A DNA stretch of 64,000 bases from Eledone cirrhosa (Eukaryota). Location: assembly GCA_964016885.1 (NCBI GenBank), contig OZ024741.1, forward strand, positions 392,708,001 through 392,772,000. Direction: 5' to 3'. Shown here piece by piece: positions 37,996 to 53,113 of the stretch (position 1 is its first letter; the number at the start of each line of letters is the position of its first letter). The position numbers and the translations under genes are program-made. Under the pieces are notes generated by a model, which saw nothing but the letters and a program-made list of their open reading frames with translations, ran no database searches and was not told where the DNA came from.

Positions 37996-40825
37996 GATGA
38001 TGGGTTAGGTGGGGTGGGCATATTACAAGCTGAGAGATGGATCATTAAGACAATAGAGGTAGTTAGAGTTAGTAATAGAATAATTAAGCTTAGTAGGAAA
38101 GAGACTACTGACAATCATCTCTGCCTATGTTCCCCAGGCGGGCCTAGGTAAAGAAGAGAAAGACTGCTTTTACGAGCAACTTTTACAAACAGCCTCAATG
38201 AGCGAGGACAGAGACACCATTATGCTAGCAGGGGACTTCAATGGTCATGTTGGACAGCTCCAGGACGGATACACTGGGGTACATGGTGGGCACGGTTATG
38301 GCTCAAGAAATGAAGGAGTGAGGCTTCTTAAATTTTGTGATACAAATGCACTAACCATTTGCAACACTGACTTCAGGAGACCTGCCAATCACCTTATAAC
38401 CTACAAATCAGGTGAGCACATAAGCCAGATTGACTTCCTGCTAGTTAGACAGGGAGACAGACAAATGGTGTCAAATACTAAGGCATACTCCGAGGAAGAA
38501 TGTACCCCACAGCATAGGTTAGTTGTTAGTGACATCTCAGTAAATAAAAGAAAGAATGAGACATACAGGAAGGTGTGGAAAAGAAAAGTTTGGAAGCTTA
38601 AAGACCTTTCACTAAAATATAAATTTAGGAAAGCCCTTCAAGATGTGTATGACGAAAAAGATGATTTAGAGTTGTATGACATAGATAATAACTGGAATTT
38701 CTTGCGTGACAACTTACTGCAGGCTACTGAAGAAACTTTTGGTTGGGGCAGAGCTTCCACCAGACAGAGTGACCTGGTGGTGGAACAGCACGGTAGATAG
38801 GGCCATTAGAGACAAAAGACTGGCATGGAAGGCTTGGAAAAATGGCGGGAGTAGCGAAGGATACACAGCTGCCAAGAGAGAAGCTAGACACCAGGTGTAC
38901 TTAGCACACAGGGAGGCTGAGAGTAGGTGGTTTGCCAATGTTCTGCGATGGGAAGTTCAGCGACGTGCGATGTTCTGCATTGCAAGGTAGTGTGTCAGTA
39001 CAAATCAGGATGTTGTTGGAGATAAATGTGTCCAGAATGATGCCGGTGTACTTAGTGTCACGAATGATCAAAAAAAGGAGGCCTGGAAATGTCATTATGA
39101 GAGACTGATCAATGTGGAGAACGAATGGAAGAGAGAGAAATTACCCCCAGTAGACCCGACAGAGGGACCGGCTATTGAGATTGACAAATATAGAGTACAT
39201 GAGGCAATTAAGGAAATGAAGAATGGTAAGGCTGCTGGACCATCAGGGATAGTTGCTGAGATGCTGAAGGCATCAGAAGTTGGCACTAAACTTGACACGC
39301 ATCATCAATCAAGCTATTTATGGTGGTGTCATACCCAAAGACTGGTGCAGCAGTATTCTCATAAATTGCTACAAAGGTAAAGGGGATGCTCTAGAGAAGA
39401 GCAATTATAGGGGCATAAAAGCTGATGGATCAGGTTATGAAAGTGGCAGAGAGAATATTAGTGCAACTGATTAGAGAAAGGGTCAAATTAGATGAGTTTG
39501 GTTTTGTGCCTTGGAAAAGTACAACAAATGCCCTCTTCTTAGTAAGGCAACTACAAGAGAGGTAGAAGAATAAGCCACTATACTTAGCTTTTGTTGACCT
39601 AAAGTAGGCCTTTGATAGGGTACCCCGATCTGTCATCTGGTGGTCCCTAAGGAAACTAGGTGTTGAGGAATGGCTTGTGAGGACAGTGCAAGCTTTGTAC
39701 AGGGGTGCTATCAGTAAAGTGAGAGTAGGAATGGAGTTTAGTGAGGAATTCCAGATACAAGTAGGTGTACATCAGGGTTCGGTCTCAGCCCGCTCTTGTT
39801 CATTATAGTCCTCCAAGCCATAACAGAGGATTTTAAGACTGGATGCCCATGGGAACTTCTCTATGCTGATGATCTAGTTCTTATAGCAGAATCAGTAGAG
39901 GAGCTAGAGAATAAATTTTGGCTATGGAAACAGCAGTTGGAATCAAAAGGATTGAGAGTGAACCTAGCTAAGACAAAAGTGTTTATAAGTAGAAGAGAGG
40001 ACAATACTCTGATTCCATCAGGGAAATGGCCATGTTCGATATGTAGGAAAGGAACTGGCATAAATTCCATAAAATTTATGCAATGCAGATCTTGGGTACA
40101 CAAGAGATGTAGTGGGATGGCAGGAAAACTAACAGGTAGGGAAAACTATGTATGCAGTAGATGTACAGGGAAGTATGCAGTAGATGTACAGTAGATGTTG
40201 GCAATAGTAATCGCAGTGATAGACACATTTTCCCAATACAGGTGCGTTCTATAGAAGTAGTTGATAGCTTCCGGTACCTAGGTGATTAGATTAGCATGGG
40301 AGGGGGGTGTTCCGAGAACATAGTATCTAGAATAAGGATGGGTTGGAAGAAGATTAGGGAACTGCTTCCTCTGTTGACAAAGAAAGGTTTCTCCCTGCAT
40401 ACGAAAGGACAGTTATATGATGCCTGTGTGAGATGCACGATGCTGCATGATAGTGAAACATGGGCAGCAACTGCGGAGGATATGCGACGGCTGGAGATAA
40501 ATGAAGCAAGTATGCCCCGTTGGATGTGCAATGTCAATGTGCATGAACGACCAAGCATAGATGAGTTGAGAAAGAAACTGGGTATGAGAGGGATAAGTTG
40601 TTGTGTGCAGGAGAGAAGGCTGCGGTGGTATGGATATGTGATGCGCATGGAGGATGACTGCTGGGTAAAGAAATGCCAGTAGAGGGAAGACGCAGTAAAG
40701 GAAGACCACAAAAAACATGGGCGGAGGTGGTGAGAGCAGACTTCCGATCGCTGAAACTCACAGAGGAGATGACGAGGGACCATGACAAGTGGAGAGATGC
40801 TGTGCTGAATAGGACCCGTCCAACC
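37996..40825 (+). mobile_element. RTE subfamily 3, near full-length and degenerate (APE + RT)
   Basis: GGVGIL, LAGDFNGHVG, SQIDFLL, PQHRL, YADD, WPCSICRK..HKRC..CSRC and GRPQKTW, with many frameshifts and stops. Confidence 0.92.
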
Positions 40826-40929
40826 CTGGCAGGTTTTCTACGGCTGGATGCCCTTCCTAACACCAACCACATTTACAGTGTGGACTGGGAACTTTTTACT
40901 GTGTTACCTATACAGCCACATTACTCGCT

Positions 40930-41180
40930 GGCTGGATCTTGAGGACTTTCAAGACAAGAGACCGAGAAACCATGTTGGACATTTGTCCTAAACCAACTGG
41001 ACTATTGCTCTCAACTATGGTCAGCCCATAGTGTCAAGCTAACCACAGAGCTTGAAGCAATCCAACGAAGCTACACCAAGAAGATTGCTACGATGATGGA
41101 GATGAGCTACAGGGAGAGGCTAAAAGAACTAAAACATCTACTCCTTGGAAAGAAGGCAGAGGAGGTACATAGTAATATAA
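40930..41180 (+). mobile_element. CR1-like LINE 3' fragment
   Basis: ELEAIQRSYTKKI..MSYRERLKEL..YSLERR, typical of the CR1-group ORF2 C-terminus. Confidence 0.65.
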
Positions 41181-41182
41181 AG

Positions 41183-41345
41183 GTGGTGAATTGGCAGAAT
41201 CATTACGACATCGGATAGAATGCTTTACGTTATTCGTCCTACCTCATTGTGCCCTCTGAGTTCAAATCCTGCCATAGTCAACTTTGCCTTTCATCCTTTC
41301 GAGGTCAATAAAAAAAGTACCAGTCCAGTACTGGGGTCGATTCTT
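41183..41345 (+). mobile_element. SINE family B, diverged
   Basis: GAGTTCAAATCC..AACTTTGCCTTTCATCCTTTCGAGGTC..GTACCAG. Confidence 0.8.
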
Positions 41346-41427
41346 CCTCTATAGAAAAAAATCAGCTGTGTTCAGATCTGGAGAGGATTGGGCTCTGCCA
41401 GGTTTAAAAGTGCCCTAGACACGCTGT

Positions 41428-42710
41428 ATGATAGTACCTCTTAACCAACTTCAACTCAGCAGATATGCCTTTAATCTTGACATTGTCTCCCTCTACACAA
41501 CAGTACCCGCTCACCCAGTGGTCAACCTAGTGACTGACTGCTTCATTTCACACAACATATACTGCTTCAGCCTCACCCCACAAGATATACATCAGCTTCT
41601 ATCTGTCATCATAGAAAATACATATTTCACTTTCCCCCACCACAAACAAACAACAGACCTACCCATGGGATCCAGTACTTCATGCCTTCTGGCCATCACC
41701 TATATCAACTGCTTCCGTGTCTTTTTCACCCGATACATAGATAACATACTCATCCTCACATCATCCCATGAAGAGGCCAACATAATATCTACAACAATCT
41801 CAAACATAGATAACAACATAAGATTTTACCATAGAACACCCCGATAAAAATGGTTCATTGTCCCTGCTTAGAATAACAGAAGAAGGTGCTATATACACCA
41901 ACCTCTAGAGATCAGTCCTTCCACTTATTGCTAAAACCGGATACATAAGAAATGAACATACAAGTATCTGGAATAAATGCAATGAGACCAGATCACTCAT
42001 ACTGCACACTTCATAGATGTACTGAAGATGAAGAGATCCATCATCCACAGTGAATCATTGTAGAAATCGAATAAGACCACCTCTAACACCTGCTTCATGA
42101 AAATACCACACTTTAGCGAAAGCATAACCACAGCTATCTGCAGAGCCATCCACAAAGGACTGAACATGCAATTAGCACACTCCAGCCCTTCACTGTGTGA
42201 ATACCTATCTAAAAAGCAATCCAGAGACAACAACAACCAATGCTCGCTGACTAACTGCCCTCTCCATGACACATGTATGTGCCAGTCGAAACATGTGGTA
42301 TACTGGATTGAATTTGACAAATGTAAGGAGTTTTATATTGGTAGCAAAACTTGAGCACACCCACATTAAAGAACACACACATCCTCATTCAAAAAACATC
42401 AACAAATGTAGAAATACCAACAAAAACATAAAAGTCACTATTGAAACCAAAGAGTAAAATGTGGGCAATTTAAGAATTAAAGAAGCCTTGCTGATACGTT
42501 GACTCAAACCCAAAGTGAATAACAGATTAGAACTCAGCACACAATACTTGACATAAAAGGAACCCCCCAGCCACACACACACACATGAAATATAACATCT
42601 ACATGCTTATTGTGAACAAAACACTTGAAAACGGTTAATAAAATTTAAACATAAATTTAATTCCAAAGAGAAGAAACCAGAACAGTTCCTTATACTCTGA
42701 AGAAGGGAAT
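41428..42710 (+). mobile_element. Penelope-like element, degenerate RT + GIY-YIG
   Basis: LDIVSLYTTVP, ENTYFTF..QT.DLPMGS, RYIDNILI, then C..KHVVYWI..KC.EFYIG. Only a CTGAAGA half-motif remains near 42699. Confidence 0.8.
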
Positions 42711-44598
42711 TTTTAAGTACTTGCTAAATGTCCAGCCTTCACCTGTCTTCTCTGACTACTGAATCATGTGTTAATTTCTCCCTCCACCTCCGAGAATTAT
42801 TCACTTGTAACGGTCGAATCAAGAAACAGTCCACTAAATTGAGGGGTCTCTTGATAAGCCTTATAACCTTACAGCGATGGTGTACTTTTATAGTGCAAGA
42901 TTGCTGCAAGACAATTTGGCAAAACTGTAGTCAGGACTTTGAAGAAAATTTAGGTATATTTTTGTCTATTATTTCCTCCCATTTGTAATTGTATATATAT
43001 ATATATGTATATATATAGTGTGTGTGTGTGTGTGTGTGCAGTGTTTTATGTTTCCAGTCTGAAAACCAGTGTTGTTTATGTTGTAACCCTTTATAACTTA
43101 GTGGTTTGACAAATAGAGTTCGATAAAATATGTGGCAGACTGAAATAAGTACTGGAATTTGATCAACTAAACCTTTGAAGGCAGTGCCCGAGAATGGTAG
43201 CAGTCCAAAAAGTAAAACTTGTAAAAGAGTAAAATATATACATCTATATATTAGTATTTTAGTATTCTTTATTCTTAATATCAATATAAAGAGTGATGTC
43301 CTCATGAGATGCTATAAAATAAGGTGAAGCCCCTTTAAGATAGAGAACGACATTGCCAACATGGCTGAAGACTACATTTTTTTTCCATCTCTGGGCATAA
43401 ACATACCACTTTTTATATTTACTTTATCCCTCATCCCTCCGTCCTAGAGATTGGCTATGTTTAAGTTTGTTTATTTTTAATATTTTAGTATCCTTTGAAC
43501 TGTATAATTAATGAATTAATTACTAAAGCATTATGATTGCAATTTTCAAGCTACTGACCTTACCTTTATAGCTGAAACAATTTGATTGGTTTGATCTCTG
43601 ATTGTTATAAGGTGTCATTTTTGGGGGCATGATAGCTTATTGAATTCAAATTTGGAACCTTAATTTCTATAAGGGTGATTAATATACAATATGATTATAA
43701 TTTTGGGGACAAATGATCTGTACATATTTCAAGATTAAATTCAAATTAATTAAGCAATAAATGTTTCTAGTTTGAATCCAGTCAGGTATTATGTATCATC
43801 ATCATCATCAACATCATCATTACTGTTTAACATCTATTATCGATACTTACATGAGTTGGATGAGTTGTCATGTTATGAAGCTAGCCACATCAGGTGACCA
43901 CATCTTCCTCTTACAGATCTAGATATATACATATGCATATATGTATATATCTAGGAATAATACACCTGATGATGACTGGATTGAAATCAAACTGATTCAA
44001 ACTGATTGAAACTGAATCAAACTGATTGAAATATGCTGTAGATTTAAATATTAAAACAGTTTTCATCTTTAATAATGAAATCAATTGTAAAAATAATATT
44101 TATTCATGTTATAGATTACTCTGTGAAAAATAATACTATTATTGGTTACAGGTTTCCAAAAGAACAATCACTAGTTCACTATATTTATGGTGATAAGAGT
44201 AACAAGGAATTATCTACATAACTCAGATAGAAGAAATATTACATTGGATTTTTGTTCAAAAGTACTGATTTATAATTTTTCATGTTGATTCTTACATTTT
44301 TTGCTGATATAGATATTGGCAAAAAACACATACACAGGATGGGCTTCTTCACAGTTCTCTACCAAATTCTACTCACATGGCATTGTTTAACTTGAGGCTA
44401 TGGTAGCAGACATTTTTGCTCAATGCACCATGCAGTCGGATTGAATCTTGAACTATGTAGGTGGGAAGAAATTTCTTGATCATACAGACATGCCTATGAC
44501 TATTTAAATTCTAAAGTAATATTTTATTTGCTACCCACTGTCATATTATGTTTTTTATTGTAAGAGATTTTCTCTTGTAAACAGTATTATTAATAATG

Positions 44599-44746
44599 GT
44601 TTCTATTTTTGGCACAAGGCCAGCAATTACCCAGTACATTACTGGTACTTTATTTTATTGACCTCGTAAGGATGAAAGGCAAAGTTAACCTCGGCGGGAT
44701 TTGAACTCAGATCATAAAGGGACGTAACTCTATGCTTCAAAGCATG
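44599..44746 (-). mobile_element. SINE family B, 5'-truncated, 15-bp TSD
   Basis: TSD GTATTATTAATAATG at 44584-44598 and 44747-44761. Confidence 0.9.
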
Positions 44747-44907
44747 GTATTATTAATAATGAGAAATAGCTATTTTATTTATAGGGCTCAAACCATTCTC
44801 CTTTGAAAAAAAACTTATAGGAAGAATAAGCATTTTGCATATTGATTGGTTTGGATTGTGAATCCTTCTTTCCATCTGAAATATTTTTATTATTGTAGTT
44901 CTGTTTA

Positions 44908-45128
44908 GGGCAGTGGATTGGCAGTATCAGTAGAGGATCGGACGCCATGCTTTGCAGCATAGAGTTACAACTCTTTATGATCTGAGTTCAAATCCCGCCA
45001 AGGTTAACTTTGCCTTTCATCGTTACGGGGTCGATAAAATAAAGCACCAGTCACGTACTGGAGTCGATTTAATCGACTTTCCCCTCCCCCGTAATTACTG
45101 GCCTTGTGTCTATACTAGAAATCATTAT
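44908..45128 (+). mobile_element. SINE family B, full length
   Basis: Homologous to 2756-2939. Confidence 0.9.
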
Positions 45129-47018
45129 TGTGGTGCTGTTAAATTATTCCAAACATTAAAGCTATTTATATACAAAGAATTCGTAATGAGCTGCTCTAGT
45201 GACAATTCCAGCAAATTTCTTATTTCTGAGATGTCATTAACAAGATGACAAACAAAGAAAAAGAAAAAAGTTTTCAGTAATTCTACTGTCGATTATTTGG
45301 ATCTTATTTGGTCTTTTGCTGTAGACTTTCCAATAGTCCAGAACAATTCTTCAAAGAAAGGCCAGTTATAATATACATAGGTCATTCATTTAGATTTCTT
45401 TGACTCTCATTAAAGATATATTGTTGTAACTGATGTGCACCTCGATGACTTTAGCAGACTTTACCATTGTTTGGAAAGCTGTTCAATAGCTCAGTCAATT
45501 GCCTGGTTCCAAATCTGCAAACAAGCCATTAGTTAAAAGCTGAGTGGATATACCACACTTCTAGATGTAGTCATTGTTACTTTATAATATATAATTTGCA
45601 TACAATCTTTTTAAATGTTCTGCAATTGTTTTGTTTTCTTTCTAGTAATTAAAGTGACATTTAATATCTTTTCAATTTGTTGTTAACTTCATAGTAAGAA
45701 TATTATAGGACATAGGCATAGATGAGTAGTTAAGAAGCTATCTCTTCAATTGTGAGGCTACAAGATCAATCCCACTGCCTAACACATTTGACAAGTGTCT
45801 TAGGCTGAACCAAGCTTGAAAAGGAAATTGGGTAGACAAAAACTTTTTGGAAGCCCATCAGTTGTATTGTACATGTAATTCAAAGGTCCAGTCTTGATAC
45901 ATGTAGTGTTATGCTGATTCTGTATGAGAAATACATTAAGGATACATGAATCTGTGGAATACTTAGCTACTTACATGTTCATTTGATGAACAGAATACAT
46001 GATGGAGCAGGAGCATGCTCATCATAAAAAAATGATAGAGAAGCCATTCTCAAGATCATCATCATCATCTTCATCATTATCATTATCCCTGTCATCATTT
46101 TATGTTCACTTTCTGTATTGGGATGGGTTGATGGGTTGGGTGTATTATTATTGTCTGAGACAGTTCCTATTCAGAATTCTGCTCTCCTGGATCTATATCT
46201 CTTTGGGATTATTAAATGTTAAATATTCTCTTTACTTTTTTTCCATTCAATATAGATTCTATTATTAATACTTGCACACTGATTGATACTGGTTTGTATT
46301 CCTCATAGAAATATCTATCAATAAACATTAGTTCTCTTGGCTCCCATGTAGGATAAAAAAAACCGAATTGAAGAGAATGAGTTTGGCTTTTACACCTACC
46401 TCCTTTCTTCTTCTGGTAAGATATTTCATTTCAAATAGTAATTTCTCCACCAGAAATTAGAAAATTCTCATTTGCCAAAAGGAATTTAATTTACCAAATC
46501 ATTTTTTGTACACTCAAGGAATCACTACACATTGAAAATGAACCATTACAAGCAGGGTCTATATGAGGAGGACTCAGTATATTGGACTGGGACCTGGAAG
46601 AGCCTGTAAATATCTGACATCCATCCTTAAAAGAAGCAAAAAGCACTTTTGGTCACCTTGACTTGAGAGACACTCCCCCCACATACACACACTTTCATAT
46701 GCCTGAAAACAACCTTATAATATCTCAGGCCCATTGCTAGAGGAGGGCACTAAATGGCATTGACCTATACTTTTCAATGTTGCACCCTCAGGTATACAAA
46801 ACTTTTTAGTGATATGCTTATTTCAAAACTCTACCTTATTATGAATTAGAGTGCCTACCCAATATGTTTGTAAGGCCCCCAAGCTCCAAAGCCTAGTGAT
46901 GGACATATCCCACCTTGCAAAATTTCTCTCTGATGTTCTGCATACCAATTTCCTATCATCACCAGCATTCAGTATTACTTATCTCCTAACTCAGACAGAA
47001 GTGGTTTGGCTTCTTTAA

Positions 47019-47225
47019 CCCTTTAGCATTCACATTACTCTATATATACTATTATATTTTCATGGTAAAGGCTTTACCTCACATAATATCAAATCTATGA
47101 TATTTTGAAAGTATTTATTTTGAGAACAATACCTTAACATCAGTTTGAGCGACCAGTTACAGCCAGTTTCAACAGAAAGGGGTAGAGAATTCTGGCCAGT
47201 TTTGGCCTGTTTGAACATTAAAGGG
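47019..47225. mobile_element. piggyBac-like MITE
   Basis: TTAA-CCCTTTA...TAAAGGG-TTAA (TTAA TSD and CCCTTT termini). Confidence 0.85.
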
Positions 47226-48774
47226 TTAATAGCCATTAAAGCAAAACTTTTACTGTCATATCTGTTTGTAAATGCATGTAAATGTATATATTACAACCGC
47301 TGTCCCAAACACACACACAAACATACATATTCAGAGCATATTGCACATGCTTCTTTAAACATGCCTGCACCTGACATCTCTATTCATATATATTTTTTCA
47401 TTTCTATACTATTGATAAAAATGAATCAATTATTTTATAAAACAGTATTTAAAGTTTCCCCCTATAAAACACTCAAGAAATTGTATCTCAGCAAGCCAAT
47501 GAGGGAGCCTCTACTTGTTTAATTGGCTGGCTAGAAATAGCAGCCCAAGCTTCCCCACATCACATCTTACATATTGAAAAGGAAGGACAGATTGGGTAAT
47601 GTAATCTAAGATATGTTATGCCTGATAATAAGATGAGATAATCATGGGAGGAATAACTCTGATGAAAGTTGTTTAAAATTAGAGCTGACCAATAACAATA
47701 AGCATATAAATAAGTATCTGTGTGCACCTAGGTATATGTATGTGTGTATATATATGCACAAGGATGTGGAAATACTTGGTTTGGTGCTCCAGCAGGCAGT
47801 TAGCCTACCAGTAGTGAGAGACCCCTAGTTCTTGTTAAGACATCATTCTAGGAGAAGGAAAATTCTGACTCCATGGGATATATGTTTTGGGATATCTATC
47901 ACCATGGATCAGAGTGTGGTATTTATCCAATGCAAGGCCTTTCTTCACTTAATAAAGCTTCAAGCACAGACATCATTTGTTCTAAATGACTTTCACGTGT
48001 GTTGCATGAACATGGCCTCCTCTTTTTCTTTCACTGCACTATATGCAGAAAGAAATCTATGTCCTTGGCAGGGCTATAAAGTCATATTTGTGCCACCCAT
48101 GTATGAGAAAAGGATCAAGGGATTGCAGTTCTTGAAACCGAGATGCAGCCATTATATATAGATATATATATATAAAAGTGTACATGTGTATGTATATATG
48201 TATATGTAAAGGTGCATAGTTTAGTGGTTGGGATGTTTAGCTCATAGTTATTGTGGGGCTGTCAAGAAGGGACTGCTGGAAGTTGGGGGATGTCTTACCG
48301 GAGGCGGAAGGACAAGTGAGGTCACACGAGGGTTCAGAGCCTATTGACTGGCTCTTTTTCCTCAGGCCATGGTTGAGTGTGGACGTGTTGTGAAAATATG
48401 AGTGAGAGAGGCTCTGTTATTCTCAGTCGGATGTAAGTCACGGGGTCGTTGGTGCAGTGGACAGTGGACGGCTCAGTCTGAAGTAAATTGGAGATGCAAG
48501 GTAGGTCCAACCCCTTTCAAATTACAATTATAAAGTCGTAAATTCATTACCCAAACTGGATACACATTGTATCCTTAAGCAAGCTACTTTTCTCACATTG
48601 TCCCACCTTGCAAAAAACTAGATCGTATCTAATTCAAATGGCCATACTTGTCACACATTGTCATGGTGAATCACCTCACATCTATGGCATCCTCAGCCAC
48701 TTGTAATGTTAATTTTAGAAATAGCTTGTTCGGTTCATACATCTGGAACACTCATTGTTGTAACTCCAATGCTA

Positions 48775-48832
<58 letters not shown>

Positions 48833-48994
48833 CACAAACATATAAATATGTAGATATATATATGCACTGTATGCACACATGTTGTGAATTATATCCCTAT
48901 ATTGTTATAATTATCTAATTTTGATAAAATAGAACTATGCCAGAATAGTAGCTCTGATTAAATACTGATTTGGTCCATAATAACTAGTCAAATC

Positions 48995-49092
48995 CAAGTG
49001 GAGAGATGCTGTGCTGAATAGGACCCATCCAACCCTTGCAAGCAGGGAAAAGCGGGCATACAATGATGATGATGATGATGATGATGATGATC
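48995..49092 (+). mobile_element. RTE subfamily 3, extreme 3' end
   Basis: Matches 40787-40826 and continues CCCTTGCAAGCAGGGAAAAGCGG..(GAT)n. Confidence 0.8.
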
Positions 49093-50004
49093 AGAGTGAG
49101 TGTGTGTTTACATATGTAGTTTAGTATATGTGTGTGTGTTATGTGTATATTGCCAAGAGAAGTGTTTGCACATGTGTTAATATGTAGGTGTAAAAATATA
49201 CATGTTAGTCTAGCTGTGTGTGTAAGTACAATTTGAGAGGTGTAAGAATGTGAAAGAAGTATGAGGTTTATAGAGAGCCAGGTAATATCCAAAAACCATA
49301 TTTCAAGCAAAGAGAAGAAATTTTTGGATTAAAATTCAGTGTTCAAATTGAGAATGCCATATAGTGTCTAGTAGTGGAATAGATGTGGGAGTCACCAAAA
49401 CCTTGGGTGTGCCAACACCATAAGGTTGTGTGTGTGAGTCGAGGTAAAGGTGGCTGACAGAATTCTAAAGAATTCAAAAGATTTGTGCTTGGAGGTCAGC
49501 ATAAGGTGAATTATGTGTCTGTACATATATATCATCATCGTTTTTATGTTTGCTTTTCTGTTGCATGAGTTAGACTCATAATTTTGGCAGAGTTTTTCTG
49601 ACTGGATGACCTTCCTATCACCAAGCATTTTAGTGTGAACTGGGTGCATTATTTGTATTCTCCATCCTATATCAGTTTTTATTCAGAATGGCTGCTCTCC
49701 TAGATGAGTTGCCTTCACTATGGCTTACAGAGTTCATGTATATTCAGTGTCAAGGGATTCCATAGAATAGATAAAGGAAAAAGGGAGCTCTCTGTTATGT
49801 ACATAGATATGGGCACACACACATATACATACTAAGTAAAGATGACAAATAAAAATAAAAATAAAATTATATATAAAATATAAACAAAAGTAAAATATGC
49901 GAAATATAAAAAATACAAACAAAAATGAAAATAACGTAAGCATATATCGATAAATGAGTAAAAATTAAAAAGTAAAAGACAAAAACAGATCTTTTCCATC
50001 CACT

Positions 50005-50740
50005 TATTCGTGGGAGGGTTGTTGGAGCAGTGTCCTCAGATACATCTTCCTGAGGGTCCTATTAGAAACAACCATCTCCAATTGATCTGGCTGGGTCCTC
50101 AAGTAAGACTTTCCAAGTTCATGGATGTTATCTAACCATCTTACTTGGGGTCTAACTCTGGGTCCCCTACCGGTTGGTTTTGCCCATAAAATCTGTCCTG
50201 CAATTGTTTCCTTAGACATTCTAATCACATGCCCATAGTATTGGAGCTGTGATCGCTCAATTCAGAGAAGTAGTAGCTCTACCTCGAGCAACTCCCTGAT
50301 CTCCAAGCTATGGACCCTATGAAGTAACATTACTCAGAGACTCTTCGAAGGAACCCCATTTCCGCTGCTTGAATTCACGATCATACTCTTTCAGTTATTA
50401 CCCAAGATTCATAACCATGGTAAGGGTTGGCACGAACACCGAATTGAAGATAGTTAGTTTGGCTTTAACCCCTGCCTACCTTCTTGTGATAACTGAGCAC
50501 TAAGGCTGGCACAATACTGCACCAGCTCCTGCATTTCTTGCATTTAATTCAGCCTTCTGCTTTCCATCACTTGTGTAAATGACCCAAAGATAATTGAACT
50601 TCTCTATCTGCTTCAGAGTGCACTGTGCAAGCTTCTTTGAGGGGAGGAGTGTCTTAGTCTTCACAGCACTGATTTTCATTCCAGCCATGTAGCAGCACTC
50701 AGCAGCAAACCTATCAAGTGTATGTCAGAGATCACCTTCA
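50005..50740 (-). mobile_element. Second RTE-like family, 3' part
   Basis: GMKISAVKTK, EKFNYL and GRGPRVRPQVRWLDNIHELG. Confidence 0.8.
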
Positions 50741-50774
50741 GGCAAGTTAAGTAGTAACATGTTTGAAAATTCCA

Positions 50775-51135
50775 GCCGACTGATCCTACACCCACCGTTC
50801 TTTATCCCACTACCAATCTGGCAGCATATGTCAATCCTGATAGATGCTCTCTGTGGGCTTGCCTATCATGGCATCATCCAGGTACCAGACATTGAGAGGA
50901 GTGGTGATGCTCCGTGCAATGCTGTCCACCCTGAGAATGAAGCAGAAGGGGCTCCATGGATCACCCTGTTGGACGCCAGTTGATGAGCATACTCAGGGAC
51001 CCATATGACAGGTAGGCCACTGGGTAGGCAATTGGGACATAGCTGTGTTCTTGCTGCAGACATTTTAAAGCATTACTCATGTCAAGCTTGACGATGAGAT
51101 GTCTGGGATTACTTGGCACCAGCTTGAGGAGACAG
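50775..51135 (-). mobile_element. CRE-like RT fragment
   Basis: Homologous to 290-680 (HLIVKLDMSNA, YLSYG, QQGDP-like). Confidence 0.7.
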
Positions 51136-51292
51136 TTTTTAATGAAATAAATAGGGAAGGCAAACAGGAGGAAAAATATGAATAAAAAAGTAGGGGTTAA
51201 CCCAGCTGCATAAAAAATAGCTATCTTGGGAGTAGATCTTAGATATCCCAATATAGTTTTTCCAATTTGGGTACAAAATGTCCCAGTAGTTA

Positions 51293-52730
51293 GTGTGACC
51301 TCCACTACGTTTAAGGAGCGCTGGTATAACCATAGACGCTCCTTTAAACATAGGCTGAAACGATCCCAAACTAGACTGGCCAATTTGATCTGGGACCTCA
51401 AGGACAGGAACATCGAATTCCAGATCATATGGTCAGTCAAAAGACGCGTGGCCCAACTCCCCAGTGACAGAAACCACTGCAGGTTATACCTGGCTGAGGC
51501 AGCTGAGATAATTAAATTAAAATCTGCCAAAAAACTATAGGTCGGACATAATTATCAATTGTAGACACACCAGGTTGAACACCTCTACACAAAGATTCGG
51601 CAGAGGGCCGCACACTAACCCTGACCCAACATAATAATAACCACCTTTGCCCCGTCTCACTATCCCTCATCTCAGTGCATTTGTTTTATAACATGTAACC
51701 CTTTGTAAGTCCAAATTTTGTATATATCATGCCGCATCCATCACCCCCACCAAAAGACACATCACCATACACCCCTCATCTTAGTACCATTGTGTTCTAT
51801 CTGTCCTCTCTGTCAGATTTTACCTTGTAATCCATAGTAAATATAATGTCGATCATATCACCCCACCACCACCACCATACACATCGCTATATGTCTACCA
51901 TCCCACACCCACAACCTCGTTCCCCCATGTTCCCTCTGTCTTTTTTTTAACCTACAATCCTTTGTAAAATTCGATCCTGTAAATATACTGTCGCACACAC
52001 CACCACCGCCACCACCAGATACATCTCCATACTTCAACAATCATTAACATCATTAACATCACTAACACATATCACCCCTCCTTCTCGGAACCACTGTGTT
52101 ATATCTGCCCTCTCTGTCATCTTTACCTTGTAAACCACCGTAACTTCTGATCATGTAAATATATTGTTGAACATATCACCCCACCACCACACACATCGCT
52201 ATATGTTCACAACCTTGTTTTCCCCGTGTTCCCTATCTCCCTTTTTAACCTGTAACCCATCGTATAATTCGATCCTGTATATTTTTTGTCGCACACAACA
52301 CCTCCATCGCCACCCCTAGGCACATCTCCATACTTCAACAATCATTAACATCATTAACATTGTCAACACATACCTTCCCTCCCTAAACAACGCAAGTGTG
52401 TGTTTCTGTGTGTAAGTATATTTATATGTATTACGCCATCTCCATTGGATCTCCCCCTCCCTCTATCAATGTACTACGCGATCTCTACTGACACTCCCCC
52501 CTCTCTCTATATACACACACATGTATATATATATACAATAGTACAGCATATTCGAAGTTCGATCAGCAGCCAAGCCAACGAATGCCTTCAGCAGTGGAGC
52601 CAAGCACTCGACAAGGAATAAACCTCAGAGTAATAACATACAGTTTAAAGGGCTTTGCAAATTGAAAATAGCGATCGCTAATTTAGCCGCGTGATCTGTA
52701 TCAATGAAAGAACTGACTAGTGAGAAAAGG
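51293..52730 (+). mobile_element. PLE 3' end: GIY-YIG C-terminal half plus a long 3' region with a ~300-bp tandem duplication
   Basis: VTSTTFKERWYNHRRSF..TRLANLIWDLK..W..CRLYLAE, then (frameshifted) NYRSDIIINCRH. 51780-52080 is repeated at 52085-52380. Confidence 0.75.
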
Positions 52731-52811
52731 AAATACACACACATATATACACACATATATATACACATATGCACATATCTGTATATATAACATATTCATT
52801 TCATTTCATTT

Positions 52812-53113
52812 CAATTTACGTCCGCTATTCCCTGCTTGCAAGGGTGGGACGGGAACTGATTCTGGCTTGATTTCTACAGCTGGATGCCCTTCCTAACACC
52901 AACCTCATTTACAGTGAGTGCTGGGTGCTTTTTTGCCGTGGCACCTACACGACCACTTTGCAGTGGAATGATAGGGACCCCAGTCCCTTTCATCTCATTT
53001 CTACAGTTGAGTAAACTGGAGCAATGTGAAATAAAGTATCTTGCTCAAGGAAACAACACATCAACCGAGAACTTACAACCTTTCGATTGCAAGGCCAATG
53101 CTCTAACCAGTAA

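Noticed and set aside
43555-43585. Possible 8-nt minus-strand micro-exon (ttgtttcag|CTATAAAG|gtaagg)
   Set aside because: Frame-shifting length, no RyR similarity and no expression evidence.
43961-44042. Hammerhead at CTGATGA 43966
   Set aside because: Stem II is replaced by 10-bp tandem repeats and there is no valid stem III or NUH. At best a relic.
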